A stretch of DNA of 64,000 nucleotides from a virus (lineage: Duplodnaviria; Caudoviricetes): positions 192,001 to 256,000 of IMG/VR virus record IMGVR_UViG_3300010429_000387, one strand, 5' to 3'. The notes below the pieces were generated by a model. It made no database searches, was not told the origin of the DNA, and saw nothing but the letters and a program-made list of their open reading frames with translations. This document shows, in pieces, positions 29,345 through 39,280 of the stretch (positions are counted from its first letter, which is position 1; the number at the start of each line of letters is the position of its first letter). The translations under genes were made by a program, and so were the position numbers.

Positions 29345-30583
29345 ATGTCCGGTACGATTCGAGGAAAGGTCGAGTGCTACTTCGGGTTCAGGAATACCCC
29401 TACGGGTACTGGGGCTGGGTACAGAGACATCGTCCAAGAGGTGTTCACTGCGATCTACAAATATTTCAAGGTCCATCCGAACATGACCGAGGTGGCTCGT
29501 CATGGGGGGATCGGTAGCACAGCTTCCTCAGTCAACTACTGGGACGAGTCTTTCCCCTTCACCAACAACGCCTGGTTCGTGTTCAAGATGAACACGGTCA
29601 CCGAAAACCCTCTCTACATTGGGACCAGGACGTTCCCTTGGTACGTTCTAGTCCAGTGGAACCGAGATGACCAGGCCAGCTTTGGCTCTTCCCCAGGGAA
29701 CCCAGGGAAGTGCGAAAACAACGCCAACTACAGCGGCAACAACAGCCGCATAGGCATTCAGTTTGCCATTGGCATCGGGGGGGATCAGAACCCCTGGAAC
29801 GGCACGGGGACACTTGGTCAGAACGTGAAGGGTTCCCCTGTCTGGAAGACTCCAACCGGCGGGACTGGGGTTATCGTGTATCCTCGCTCGAACAACGTGG
29901 GTGGAGCCCATGTGACGAACAAGGAGAACACCAGCCACATTTTCTATCGTGATAGTGGGAACACAACCAGTCCAAGCAAGGTCCACATCATCATGGATGA
30001 CGACAACTTCGTCTTCCTTGCAGATCCAACCTACATAGATCAGTGGTCTTTGTGCTACTTTGGTGTCTTCGTTCCACGGCCGGACCTGACTTTTGAATAC
30101 CCCTACGTGATGCTCAACACCATCACGGGGTATCTGCCGATCCTGAGAGGCAATGTCTACGGGAGCACCAACGGACAGGGGTGGTGTAATGAGAGCCCAA
30201 ACAACGGTGGTGGGATTCCAGCCCCTAATCCAGCCGTCAACGGGGTTAGGGGGCTTTTCATGGAGAGGTATCAACTCCTCTTCGACAGTTCATCTCCCTA
30301 TGTGTTCATGAACCCCAACAAATACTTCGACACTCCAGTGTTTGACGAGTACCCGATCCCTATTGCCATGTATGAGTACCCCAACTGGTACGGGTATGCA
30401 GGGCAGATCGACTTCATCAAGGAGACTTCTGGGTCTGAGACCAGGTGTCGAACCACTGGGACAGGTACTCGCTACGTCGTTGGCGGTTCCACCAGTCTCA
30501 CCAACGTCGTCAAGCTCTCTGTTCCCTGGCCTGCCAGCGTGAACCCAGGGATCGGCCTGACCCGAGAGGGAATCGTCTTCTAG
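29345..30583 (+). CDS. Paralog array member 3
   Basis: Start reassigned to ATG 29345 (MSGTIRGKVECY aligns with the paralog starts; SD GAGG). Has HPNMTE like members 1-2 and GIGGDQ.PWNGT like members 4-5. Confidence 0.6.
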   Translation: MSGTIRGKVECYFGFRNTPTGTGAGYRDIVQEVFTAIYKYFKVHPNMTEVARHGGIGSTASSVNYWDESFPFTNNAWFVFKMNTVTENPLYIGTRTFPWYVLVQWNRDDQASFGSSPGNPGKCENNANYSGNNSRIGIQFAIGIGGDQNPWNGTGTLGQNVKGSPVWKTPTGGTGVIVYPRSNNVGGAHVTNKENTSHIFYRDSGNTTSPSKVHIIMDDDNFVFLADPTYIDQWSLCYFGVFVPRPDLTFEYPYVMLNTITGYLPILRGNVYGSTNGQGWCNESPNNGGGIPAPNPAVNGVRGLFMERYQLLFDSSSPYVFMNPNKYFDTPVFDEYPIPIAMYEYPNWYGYAGQIDFIKETSGSETRCRTTGTGTRYVVGGSTSLTNVVKLSVPWPASVNPGIGLTREGIVF

Positions 30584-30587
30584 GAGG
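30572..30587 (+). repeat. 16-bp direct repeat ATCGTCTTCTAGGAGG, second copy at 31825..31840
   Basis: Read directly; precedes paralogs 4 and 5. Confidence 0.9.
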
Positions 30588-30595
30588 AACCAGTC

Positions 30596-31825
30596 ATGGC
30601 AGGTCAGGTCTACGGCAAGATTGAGTGTGTCTCGAACACCGGCAACAACAAGTACAACACCTACGAGGTGTTCAAGGGGCTCTACGACTTCCTCATGTAC
30701 CTTGAGACCCAGGGGGTTGTGACCCTTCGGGCTCGGTATGCTGGGATTGGAGCAGCCTCAGCAGCCTCAGTGGCCTACTGGGACCAGGCGAATCCCTTCA
30801 CCCACAACGCTTGGGCCTTGTTCGAGTGGAGGACCGGTTCGACAACTCCGTCGAATCCGAGCTATGCCGGGACCAGGAATGAGCCGTTCTACATTCTCAT
30901 CCAGTTTGCCACTTCCCCAGATGGATGGTTCTCCCAATCGGGCACCCCAGCGGCCCCGTCTTTGATTTTGGGTGTCAATGGGCCTGATGGGGGTCAATCT
31001 GGAGCTGTAGCCCTCTCAATGGCCGTTGGCATTGGAGGGGACCAGATGCCCTGGAACGGCACGCTGGGGACCTATGGGGACTCAGGGTCGTTCGGGAACC
31101 AAGCCAAGGGAAACCCGGTCTGGAAGGTCCCTACCGGCGGGACCGGCCTCTATGTCTTCCCTCGAAGCAACAACTCCGGAGGGTCCCATAACACCTCCAA
31201 GCAGAACATGAACTACGTGTTCTTCAATCAGTGGACCCCGAACATTCCAGTTAGATACCACTTCATTGCCGACCACGATGGTCTACTCATTCTGAATGAC
31301 GACGCCAATGACGTGAACTACCACTACCTGTACTCGGGGGTCTACAAGCTGAGAGATGGTCTAACTGACCAGGATCCCTACCTCATGATGGGTGGCAGGA
31401 CTGTGATTGCCCCAGATTCAGGAACGTACTTCGGGGATACATTGGGAACCAATGGCACCAACGGTGGTATTGCCTTCAAACGTGATGGGGTTTGTGATGT
31501 TCGGTTGGTAGGCACCTCCCTTCTTCAGGAAGTTCTTGGGTGGTCAACCAACTACACTCAACCGAATCGACTTTTTGCCTCAAGTACCTACGATGAGATG
31601 CCATACCTCATTCAACCGTATGAATACTATGCTGGATTTGCGGGGAGCATCGAGTTCTTCCGCATCGTCCAGAACGTAGCCAACTTGGAGAGGAACACGG
31701 CGGGCAACAAGCTCATCATCGGGACCCCAACTGTATCGGCTCTCAAGTTCATTGTCCCGTGGAACTCTGCTGTGGTCCCCCTCTCTGGGACGACTCGGGT
31801 GGGGACAACCGGGGCATTCCCCTGA
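30596..31825 (+). CDS. Paralog array member 4
   Basis: SD AGGAGG; same motif set; closest to member 5. Confidence 0.6.
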   Translation: MAGQVYGKIECVSNTGNNKYNTYEVFKGLYDFLMYLETQGVVTLRARYAGIGAASAASVAYWDQANPFTHNAWALFEWRTGSTTPSNPSYAGTRNEPFYILIQFATSPDGWFSQSGTPAAPSLILGVNGPDGGQSGAVALSMAVGIGGDQMPWNGTLGTYGDSGSFGNQAKGNPVWKVPTGGTGLYVFPRSNNSGGSHNTSKQNMNYVFFNQWTPNIPVRYHFIADHDGLLILNDDANDVNYHYLYSGVYKLRDGLTDQDPYLMMGGRTVIAPDSGTYFGDTLGTNGTNGGIAFKRDGVCDVRLVGTSLLQEVLGWSTNYTQPNRLFASSTYDEMPYLIQPYEYYAGFAGSIEFFRIVQNVANLERNTAGNKLIIGTPTVSALKFIVPWNSAVVPLSGTTRVGTTGAFP

Positions 31826-31848
31826 TCGTCTTCTAGGAGGTCTAGTTC

Positions 31849-33069
31849 ATGTCGGGGCAAGCCTACGGAAAGCTCGAATGTGTCTCCCTGTATACAGGGA
31901 ACAACGTCTATCAGAACGCCCAGGAGTTCTTCAAGGGCCTCTACGACTTCCTCATGTACCTTGAGACTCAAGGAGTTGTGACCCTTCGGGCTCGGTATGC
32001 TGGTTCTGGGGCGGCTTCGGCGGCAGCCGTTGGCTACTGGGATGAGAGTGGCCCCTTCACCTCGAACGCTTGGTACTTGTTTGAGTGGCGTACTGCCTCT
32101 ACAACCCCAGCAAACCCCAGCTATGCTGGACCTCGAAACGAGCCGTTCTACGTTTTGGTCCAGTGGGTTCAGTACAACAACACCTGGAGCCTTGGGAACT
32201 CCAACCCTGGACTGTGTATTGGTCAGGCCAACAACAACCAGTACGAACACTGGGTAGCGATCCAGATGGGGGTTGGCATCGGAGGGGACCAGATGCCCTG
32301 GAACGGCACGCTGGGGACCTACGGGGACTCAGGATCGTTCGGGAGCCAGGCCAAGGGAAACCCGGTCTGGAAGGTCCCTACAGGAGGAACGGGCCTCTAC
32401 GTCTTCCCCAGAAGCAACAACCTTGGGGGCACCCACTACACTTCCAAGCAGAACATGAACCTGGTGTTCACGACAGCCTACACGGCCACCCCAACCAGGT
32501 ATCACTACCTCGCAGACCACGATGGCCTCTTGCTCTTGGTGGATGACGCAAACAACATCAACTACCATTTCTGCTACACAGGGGCCTACAAGCGTCGAGA
32601 CAACCTGACGACCCAGGACCCTTACTGCATGATGGGTGGCCTGACAACCTCTATGCAGGGGTCCGGTGTGTACTTTGGAGGTGCTTCCGGCACTTCCACC
32701 GATAACGGGGGCATAGCCTTCAACACCTATGGCTCTTACGAGGTTCGTAACATGAAAACCTCGTACCTTGATGAGTTCATGGGGTACAGCGGCAACCAGA
32801 TGCAGCCGAATAGGCTTTTCTCCCCACCCACCTATGATGACATGCCTTGTCTCATTGGGGTTGGTGAATACTACGACGGGTTTGCCGGGGAGATTGACTT
32901 CTTCCGGGTGGTCCAGAACAGTGCCAACCTTCAGTTCAACCTGGACAAGAGCAAGCTCATCATCGGGACGCCCACGGTCACGAACTACAAGCTGCTGGTG
33001 CCCTGGATCTCTTCGGTGAATCCGCTCTCTGGGACGTATCGACTTGGAGTCACAGGGGCCTGTGGTTGA
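31849..33069 (+). CDS. Paralog array member 5
   Basis: SD AGGAGG; shares FKGLYDFLMYLETQGVVTLRARYAG and GIGGDQMPWNGTLGTYGDSGSFG with member 4. Confidence 0.6.
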   Translation: MSGQAYGKLECVSLYTGNNVYQNAQEFFKGLYDFLMYLETQGVVTLRARYAGSGAASAAAVGYWDESGPFTSNAWYLFEWRTASTTPANPSYAGPRNEPFYVLVQWVQYNNTWSLGNSNPGLCIGQANNNQYEHWVAIQMGVGIGGDQMPWNGTLGTYGDSGSFGSQAKGNPVWKVPTGGTGLYVFPRSNNLGGTHYTSKQNMNLVFTTAYTATPTRYHYLADHDGLLLLVDDANNINYHFCYTGAYKRRDNLTTQDPYCMMGGLTTSMQGSGVYFGGASGTSTDNGGIAFNTYGSYEVRNMKTSYLDEFMGYSGNQMQPNRLFSPPTYDDMPCLIGVGEYYDGFAGEIDFFRVVQNSANLQFNLDKSKLIIGTPTVTNYKLLVPWISSVNPLSGTYRLGVTGACG

Positions 33070-33077
33070 GGTGATCC

Positions 33078-33560
33078 ATGACGGTCGCAACTGACGGACA
33101 ATGTGTCACAACCAGGTGGTACACTGATGCTGTAAGGGTGGATGCCAAGTACCCGGCGGACCCTCCTGCTGCAAACACCGGGTTCAACACATCCATGGTT
33201 GATAGGGTGGTCCCTACTTTCGCTCAGGACTTGAGGGCTCTCAACACGTTCTTCAACGTCTTGATGACCCTTCGACAGGTTGGGACCTCCCACCATGACG
33301 GTGCTTTTGTGGTTGAGGAGTTCTGCGACCGTACTGTGTCGAGGATCGGTGTGCAGCATCCCATGAGAACCATCGGAACTGCCTACGCTTCTGGCTCTGG
33401 ATACATCACCTACGTCAAGAAGAGGGCCAGAGATTCCGGGGCTCCAGGGGTTGTCTACGTCACTTGGGTCACGAACGTCATCACTCAACCCTACCCGTTC
33501 ACGCCTCCATACGGTGGCCCTCTTGTGGACACCATCATTGCAGAACTGTGGCAGGTGTGA
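33078..33560 (+). CDS. Hypothetical protein
   Basis: SD GAGGTG; fills the gap between the array and the 1900-aa gene. Confidence 0.6.
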   Translation: MTVATDGQCVTTRWYTDAVRVDAKYPADPPAANTGFNTSMVDRVVPTFAQDLRALNTFFNVLMTLRQVGTSHHDGAFVVEEFCDRTVSRIGVQHPMRTIGTAYASGSGYITYVKKRARDSGAPGVVYVTWVTNVITQPYPFTPPYGGPLVDTIIAELWQV

Positions 33561-33568
33561 GGTGACCA

Positions 33569-36500
33569 ATGTCTTACGGCAGTAGCCCCTTCGGTACGAC
33601 ACCCTTTGGTGGGCTGTCCCTTGAGTCCGGGGGCGTCTCCATCACGTCGGCCACCCCGGCCATTGATGGGACGGGTGCGCCGGTCAACACCCCTGTCCAG
33701 GTCGTCCTCCACAGCATCTCCGAGTTCGAGGCGTACACTCTCCAGTTCTTCCTGAACGGAATCCAGGTCATCCAGGATGCCTCGTTCCTGTCCCCGTTCT
33801 CTGGGACAGTCATCAACGAGGGGCAAGACCTCACCATCAACGTAACTGGGCACCCAGACTTCGCTGACGGGAACACCGTACAGGTGGACATCTCCGTCAT
33901 GACTCTGGCTGAGGAAACTGCGAATCTCAGCTACGTCTTCCACACTGGTGGGGCAGTCTTCGACGGGGCTGAGAACTTCTCCATCGGGGAGGACCTTCGG
34001 TTCGGTCAGCACGCTAGGGTGGAGGAGGCCCTGGTTGTCGAAGAGGGGATCTCCCCCTTCATCGCCAACGCAACTGAAACCCTCACCCAGACCGTCCAGA
34101 CCTCGTTTGACTTCAATGTCACGTTCCAGGTCGAAACCGTCCTACACCTCTTCGAGAGCCTTCAGATCGGCTCTCTTCGGTTCTACAGCATCAACGAAAC
34201 CACGGTTGGCGTAGAGTTCCCAGAGGTAATGGATATCGAGGGGGTCTCGGACCCTATTGCTTACCTCATCACGCCAAGGGAATCGAGAGCTTTTCCGACC
34301 CTCATCAGTTCAGCCATCCCCGTCCAGGATGTCTTTCAGGAGGGATCCTCTGGACAAGTGGTGCCCCCCGAGACGTTCGACTCCAGCAGGGCCGCTCGTT
34401 CTTTCGTCTTTGACACAGTAACCGGGTCGTTCACCCCTAAGAATATCGGGGACTACTTCTACATCGAGGGGGTGATGTTCAACTCCTCGATGCCCTACAG
34501 GATTCTTTCCTACTCTGGGTCCAAGGTGGTCCTGGACCGAGAGGTTCCCTACACAGGGCCAGACAACGGGACCTACATTCCCCCTGGCTCTTCATGGTCC
34601 CCAGGTACTTTTGTGCCTGGGACAGGCACCCTGAAGTGGTCTCACCGGGATGGGGCACGAGGGGCCATCCTGAAGGTCACTGAGACCTCTCTGGGTAGAA
34701 CCTACTTCGGGCAAGTCTTCTTGCTGACTAAGAAGGCTTCTCACACCCCCTACTCAGGAGGGGTCGAGTTCGTTGCCTTTGGGTCGAAGCCCAAGGTGGT
34801 GACCGCCTTCACCGTAGTGGATGATGGTTCGGTCATCGTGTCCTTTGACAAGGACATGCGGGTTGACCCGGATCTTCTCAACCCGAGTGAGTACCTTCTC
34901 CTCGGGCCAACCTCGGAACCCGTCAGGATTCGTGAGGTTCGGGCTATCGACCCCAAGACAGTCGTTCTCTTCACTTCTGGGATGGGTGAGGGGCTCCAAT
35001 ACCTTACGGTCAACGCCCTTGGGACTCCCAAGGATGAGGCTGGAAACCCTGTTGATCCCTCCTTCAACCAGCACACCTTCGTCGGTACGGTCCCCCTTCT
35101 TACCAGGTCTCTCTTCACTGACCGGGGACCAATCTCGAAACCTGCCCTGGACATTCAGACTGGGACCGGAGGGGCGATTCAGACGGCCCCCTCTTTGCAC
35201 TTCGGGAACCTGACCCTGAGCGAGGTGGTCCTTCCTGGTGGTTCGTTCACCTCAAGCCACGTTGGTCTGTACCTGGAGCTAAGTGGGTCCACCGTGAATG
35301 GGGGCTCCTATCGGGTGGTTGGTGTGGTCAACCAGACCCGGCTCAAGCTCCAGGCCAGCTTCCACCTCCCGGACCCTGCCAACGGTGCCCTTTCTTGGCG
35401 CCTGTACGACCCTAGGACAGGGGAGATTGCGGACAGCCCCTCCGATGTCACGGTCAAGATTGACGGCCATCGTGTAGCCGTCCAGGCCGTTGTGGGGCTG
35501 CTTGGGCAGGTGATCCTGGACTCCCCCCCTGCCCCCGAAGCCGATGTGAAGATCGACTACTCCTGGATCCCGGACCCGACTGTTGAGGTCCGGAAGCTCA
35601 ACTCCAAGGAGTTCAGGCTCAACAACTGGCTCAACAATGTGGGCGGTCAGTCTACATCTCAGCACACCTACCGATACCGGAACGTGCTGGTCTCCCCAGC
35701 TTCCTTCCAGACTGAGGGCATCCTCGCCAACCAGGCCCAACCACTGCTTCGGGAACTCCACTACCGAGCTTTTGAGCGGGCCTACTCGGTTGCTCTGAAC
35801 GACCCCAACCTCTTTGTCCTGAATACCCCGATCCATCGGATCGGGTACCCTCCTCTTTCGAGGCAGGTGGAGGAGGTATCCGTCTCCTATTCAGCGGACA
35901 CCCTTCCTGAGGTGGACCCGGTTGCCCCTTGGGTTCGTAGGGGGACTGGGACGGCTGTTGCTGTTGAGGGGGCTCTCCTGGTCGAGAAGACCTCCTCTGG
36001 TCCATTCCCTACAGGGGAGCCTCTATTCTGGACACGGGAGGTAGACCTCACCTTCCCCTGTGTCTACGCTGCAACCTGGCGCCTCAAGATCAACTCCACG
36101 ACACCAGATGGGGTCTACACGGGCATCTCTGTAGGCTGGTCTGACACCAACCGAGTGGTTGTTCTGGGCTACCTCATCGAGAATGGGGTGCGGAAGATCG
36201 GGTTCCTCAAGAATGGATTCGGGAACCGTCAAGCTAGCCTAGAAGCCTGGACGGGTGGGGTAGACTCCAACGGCAACCCCACCCAGCTACCGTTCGACTT
36301 TGACTGGTCTGTTCTCCACTCCTACCGGTTCTTCCGGGACCGAGATGGGGTGACCCGTTTCTACGTGGATGGGGAGGTGGTTGAGAGCCTTCGGATCACG
36401 GAAGAGGAGCTTCCTTTCCTTGAGGAGCTGGATGACCCCTTCAATGAAGTCCAGAATGCCTACTTTGGGTCACTGAGCCGGGAGGCTCAGAACTTGAGCA

Positions 36501-39271
36501 CTTGGGACTTCGTTCGGTACGTTGTCCTTCCAGTCAACCCCGAACAGAGCGCACCCTCGATCTTCGTGTCCTACGAGGGTGACATCTACCCGGAGACGGC
36601 CCTGACCCCCTGGACCCCTGTCGGGTACCATGGGAACGAGTCCCTTTCCAACGGGCTACTTCTTCTTGACTCCACTTCGGCAACGGATGCCTCGACCTCA
36701 AGTGCCGTCGGTCTCATGGGTGGGGACTTCCGGGGCTTCACCAGGATCGAGCCTCTTCTGGGAGCCTCTTCTGATGTGACCCTCGACCTTGGGGTTAGCC
36801 TTCGCACCTACACTCATGGGGTCTCGGCCAACTCAGTCATGGCGGCCATCGACGATGGGACTCGTCTGGTCCAGCTATGCTTCTTCCCCTCGAAGCCTCA
36901 ACCAAAGCTCAGCTACCCTGGGAGATCGCTTCCACAGGATGCAACTCCGAACCCCTGGTCCTCCCACGGGACGGCCCCTGCAACGATGGTTGGGAGGATC
37001 CTACGCATCGAGGACACCACAGTCGTTGATGGTCGGGTCTTCTCCATCAACGACCTGGCACCCATGGGTTCGGACGAGCGAATCCTTGAGGAGAGCCTGG
37101 ACTGGTACGCTGAGGCCAAGTTCCAGGTCGTCTCATACACGCCTGACGGGTCCCCCGACAACAACTTCTGTGGGGCCACTCTGGATGTCTTCGATGGGAC
37201 CCACACCCTTGGGATCATGACCCGAGTGGACCCCACCACGGGGGAACTTCAGATAGCATTCCACTCAGACGGTCAGATCAGACCCGTTTTGACGGCCCTG
37301 ATCAAGTTCAACTGGTTCGATGGGAAGGCCCACATCTACCGTTTGGTGAAGAATACCAGCGGAGACCTCGTGAGCTTGTTCATCGACAACAAGTTCATGG
37401 GATCCATTGCCTACTCCTTGTTCGATACAGCGAACGGGGACCCGACCTACTCCTTTGGGTCCTCCACGTTGACCAGCAGGGTGGCTCGCTCGGTTGTGGA
37501 GTGGCACTACGCCAACGTCTGGCGAGCACAACCGGCTTCTGGGGTTCAGCACTACCTTGGGATCTGGAAGGGTTCGGACCCGAACTCTCTTCTGGGTTAT
37601 CACTTGCCGATCCGGATTCAGGGGAACGGAGCAACAGCAGGCAACCAGCTCACGGATGCAGCAGCCGACTTCGTAGCGGCTGGGGTTCAGGTTGGGGACG
37701 ACCTGATCATCGACTATGGGGTCAACCGAGGAGTCTACTCGATTGCCTCAAGGTCTGGGGGCACGCTCACCATCACTGGGTCCTTCCCTCAGCCTGGGTC
37801 CCTGACTCAGGGGTACCGGATCCCTGCTCAGACTGATTGGCGGTCTTCAAGTCCGATGGCCTTGAAGGCAAGCGGTGGGGGCCTAGCGGTTGCAAACTAC
37901 CTGACGGACAACACCAAGGACTTCGTTGCTCTTGGTGTTCAGCCTGGTGACAGCATAGTGATCGAGGTTGGTCCAAACCAGGGGTCGTTCCCGATTGTCT
38001 CTGTGGATACAACCACACTCACGATTGCGGCCACTTTCCTAACAGTCCCTACTTGGTCTTTCTACAAGATATCGGCTGAAGGGGGTGGGACAACTCACAA
38101 GTTCCGGCTGGTCCGGGACCCAGCAGGGTTTGTGGCCCTCTTCCAGGATGCGATCCCCGAGCCACTTCTTCAGGTGGACTACAGCGAGGTCAATCTTCCT
38201 CACAGCTCGGTGGGACTGCCCTACACGATCAACCGTGGGCTGCCCTCTGTCTCATGGGGGGCCTTTGACCCTGAGAACCTCTCCCAGACCGCTTGGGACT
38301 TCGTCAGGTACGGGGTCACTCGTTCTCCAAGTGAGCTGAAGATTGCTCCGCACCATCAGTTCTTGAATCAGCGGAACGTCATGTCCTCCCCCGAGCACTT
38401 GTTCGGGAAAGTGAAGCACAACCACACCCAGTACACCTCCTCTTCTACAGGTGTGCCCTATCCGTGGGAGGAATACTCCAGCAGCCCTGACATTGTAGCG
38501 TTTACCAGGCTCAACGAGGGTACCCCCCTTGTCCCTCAAACGCAGACCTATGAGGTCCGTCGCCCCAGGCCACAGGTTACGTTCCTATCGACGCTCAACA
38601 ACCCCTCGGATGTCTTGAACACAGAGGGTTTCCAGTTGAATGACGCCTCCACTGAGGTGAAGATCGTTGTTCCAGACAACGTTCTCTACAACAGCCTACA
38701 GGTTCTTGAGCAGAAGTCTGGGGAGCCTGACCTGGTGGCGCCATTCTCCGATGAAAGCGGCCTAGTTCGGATCGGGAAGCTATCCTGGCAGAAGACGGTG
38801 TGTGCCGTCTATGAGGGGGACGTGCTTCCCGAGCAGGACCCTGGCTACGGGACCCCATGGGTTCTGGCTTCGGAGATCGAATCCGAGGTGACTACCACGG
38901 TTGCTGGAGGGGTTCTCACCTATGGGGTGGCTCCTGGCTCCACGACACGGACGGTCTACAGGAACGCAACCCCCATCACGGACCCCAAGGGCCTCTCGAC
39001 CAGGGTGGACTTCCGGCTTCGGCTCTTGAGTGACTCAACGCTCGGGACTGGGGACTCAGGGGTTCGCTTCGGGTTCAGTGCCCTTGGCATGACAGCGGCC
39101 CTGGCGTTCGTTTCTACGCCTTATGGCGAGCGAGAGGTGCGGCTGGTTGACTTGAACTCAAACGCTGTCCTGGGGTCAATCTCGTTCGACTACCTTGACG
39201 GTGATTTTCATGTCTATCGCCTGGTCAAGAATGTGGACGAGGGGGTCGTTGACTTCCTGATCGACCCATGA
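33569..39271 (+). CDS. Giant (1900 aa) multidomain fibre/receptor-binding protein with Ig-like and lectin (ConA/LamG)-like repeats
   Basis: SD GAGGTG. Ig-like segments (VIVSFDKDM...NPSEY...KDEAGNPV) and four repeats starting YxGxxLPE...PW and ending (D/N)W...HxYRLV. Confidence 0.6.
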   Translation: MSYGSSPFGTTPFGGLSLESGGVSITSATPAIDGTGAPVNTPVQVVLHSISEFEAYTLQFFLNGIQVIQDASFLSPFSGTVINEGQDLTINVTGHPDFADGNTVQVDISVMTLAEETANLSYVFHTGGAVFDGAENFSIGEDLRFGQHARVEEALVVEEGISPFIANATETLTQTVQTSFDFNVTFQVETVLHLFESLQIGSLRFYSINETTVGVEFPEVMDIEGVSDPIAYLITPRESRAFPTLISSAIPVQDVFQEGSSGQVVPPETFDSSRAARSFVFDTVTGSFTPKNIGDYFYIEGVMFNSSMPYRILSYSGSKVVLDREVPYTGPDNGTYIPPGSSWSPGTFVPGTGTLKWSHRDGARGAILKVTETSLGRTYFGQVFLLTKKASHTPYSGGVEFVAFGSKPKVVTAFTVVDDGSVIVSFDKDMRVDPDLLNPSEYLLLGPTSEPVRIREVRAIDPKTVVLFTSGMGEGLQYLTVNALGTPKDEAGNPVDPSFNQHTFVGTVPLLTRSLFTDRGPISKPALDIQTGTGGAIQTAPSLHFGNLTLSEVVLPGGSFTSSHVGLYLELSGSTVNGGSYRVVGVVNQTRLKLQASFHLPDPANGALSWRLYDPRTGEIADSPSDVTVKIDGHRVAVQAVVGLLGQVILDSPPAPEADVKIDYSWIPDPTVEVRKLNSKEFRLNNWLNNVGGQSTSQHTYRYRNVLVSPASFQTEGILANQAQPLLRELHYRAFERAYSVALNDPNLFVLNTPIHRIGYPPLSRQVEEVSVSYSADTLPEVDPVAPWVRRGTGTAVAVEGALLVEKTSSGPFPTGEPLFWTREVDLTFPCVYAATWRLKINSTTPDGVYTGISVGWSDTNRVVVLGYLIENGVRKIGFLKNGFGNRQASLEAWTGGVDSNGNPTQLPFDFDWSVLHSYRFFRDRDGVTRFYVDGEVVESLRITEEELPFLEELDDPFNEVQNAYFGSLSREAQNLSTWDFVRYVVLPVNPEQSAPSIFVSYEGDIYPETALTPWTPVGYHGNESLSNGLLLLDSTSATDASTSSAVGLMGGDFRGFTRIEPLLGASSDVTLDLGVSLRTYTHGVSANSVMAAIDDGTRLVQLCFFPSKPQPKLSYPGRSLPQDATPNPWSSHGTAPATMVGRILRIEDTTVVDGRVFSINDLAPMGSDERILEESLDWYAEAKFQVVSYTPDGSPDNNFCGATLDVFDGTHTLGIMTRVDPTTGELQIAFHSDGQIRPVLTALIKFNWFDGKAHIYRLVKNTSGDLVSLFIDNKFMGSIAYSLFDTANGDPTYSFGSSTLTSRVARSVVEWHYANVWRAQPASGVQHYLGIWKGSDPNSLLGYHLPIRIQGNGATAGNQLTDAAADFVAAGVQVGDDLIIDYGVNRGVYSIASRSGGTLTITGSFPQPGSLTQGYRIPAQTDWRSSSPMALKASGGGLAVANYLTDNTKDFVALGVQPGDSIVIEVGPNQGSFPIVSVDTTTLTIAATFLTVPTWSFYKISAEGGGTTHKFRLVRDPAGFVALFQDAIPEPLLQVDYSEVNLPHSSVGLPYTINRGLPSVSWGAFDPENLSQTAWDFVRYGVTRSPSELKIAPHHQFLNQRNVMSSPEHLFGKVKHNHTQYTSSSTGVPYPWEEYSSSPDIVAFTRLNEGTPLVPQTQTYEVRRPRPQVTFLSTLNNPSDVLNTEGFQLNDASTEVKIVVPDNVLYNSLQVLEQKSGEPDLVAPFSDESGLVRIGKLSWQKTVCAVYEGDVLPEQDPGYGTPWVLASEIESEVTTTVAGGVLTYGVAPGSTTRTVYRNATPITDPKGLSTRVDFRLRLLSDSTLGTGDSGVRFGFSALGMTAALAFVSTPYGEREVRLVDLNSNAVLGSISFDYLDGDFHVYRLVKNVDEGVVDFLIDP

Positions 39272-39280
39272 CGGAGCCCA

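Noticed and set aside
26905-33069. Diversity-generating retroelement acting on the paralog array
   Set aside because: No reverse transcriptase or non-coding template repeat in the window. Differences between copies are not adenine-specific and are spread over whole genes.
26905-33069. Invertible shufflon (Mu G-segment/Cin type)
   Set aside because: All copies are full-length, same-strand genes with their own starts. No invertase or inverted recombination sites seen.
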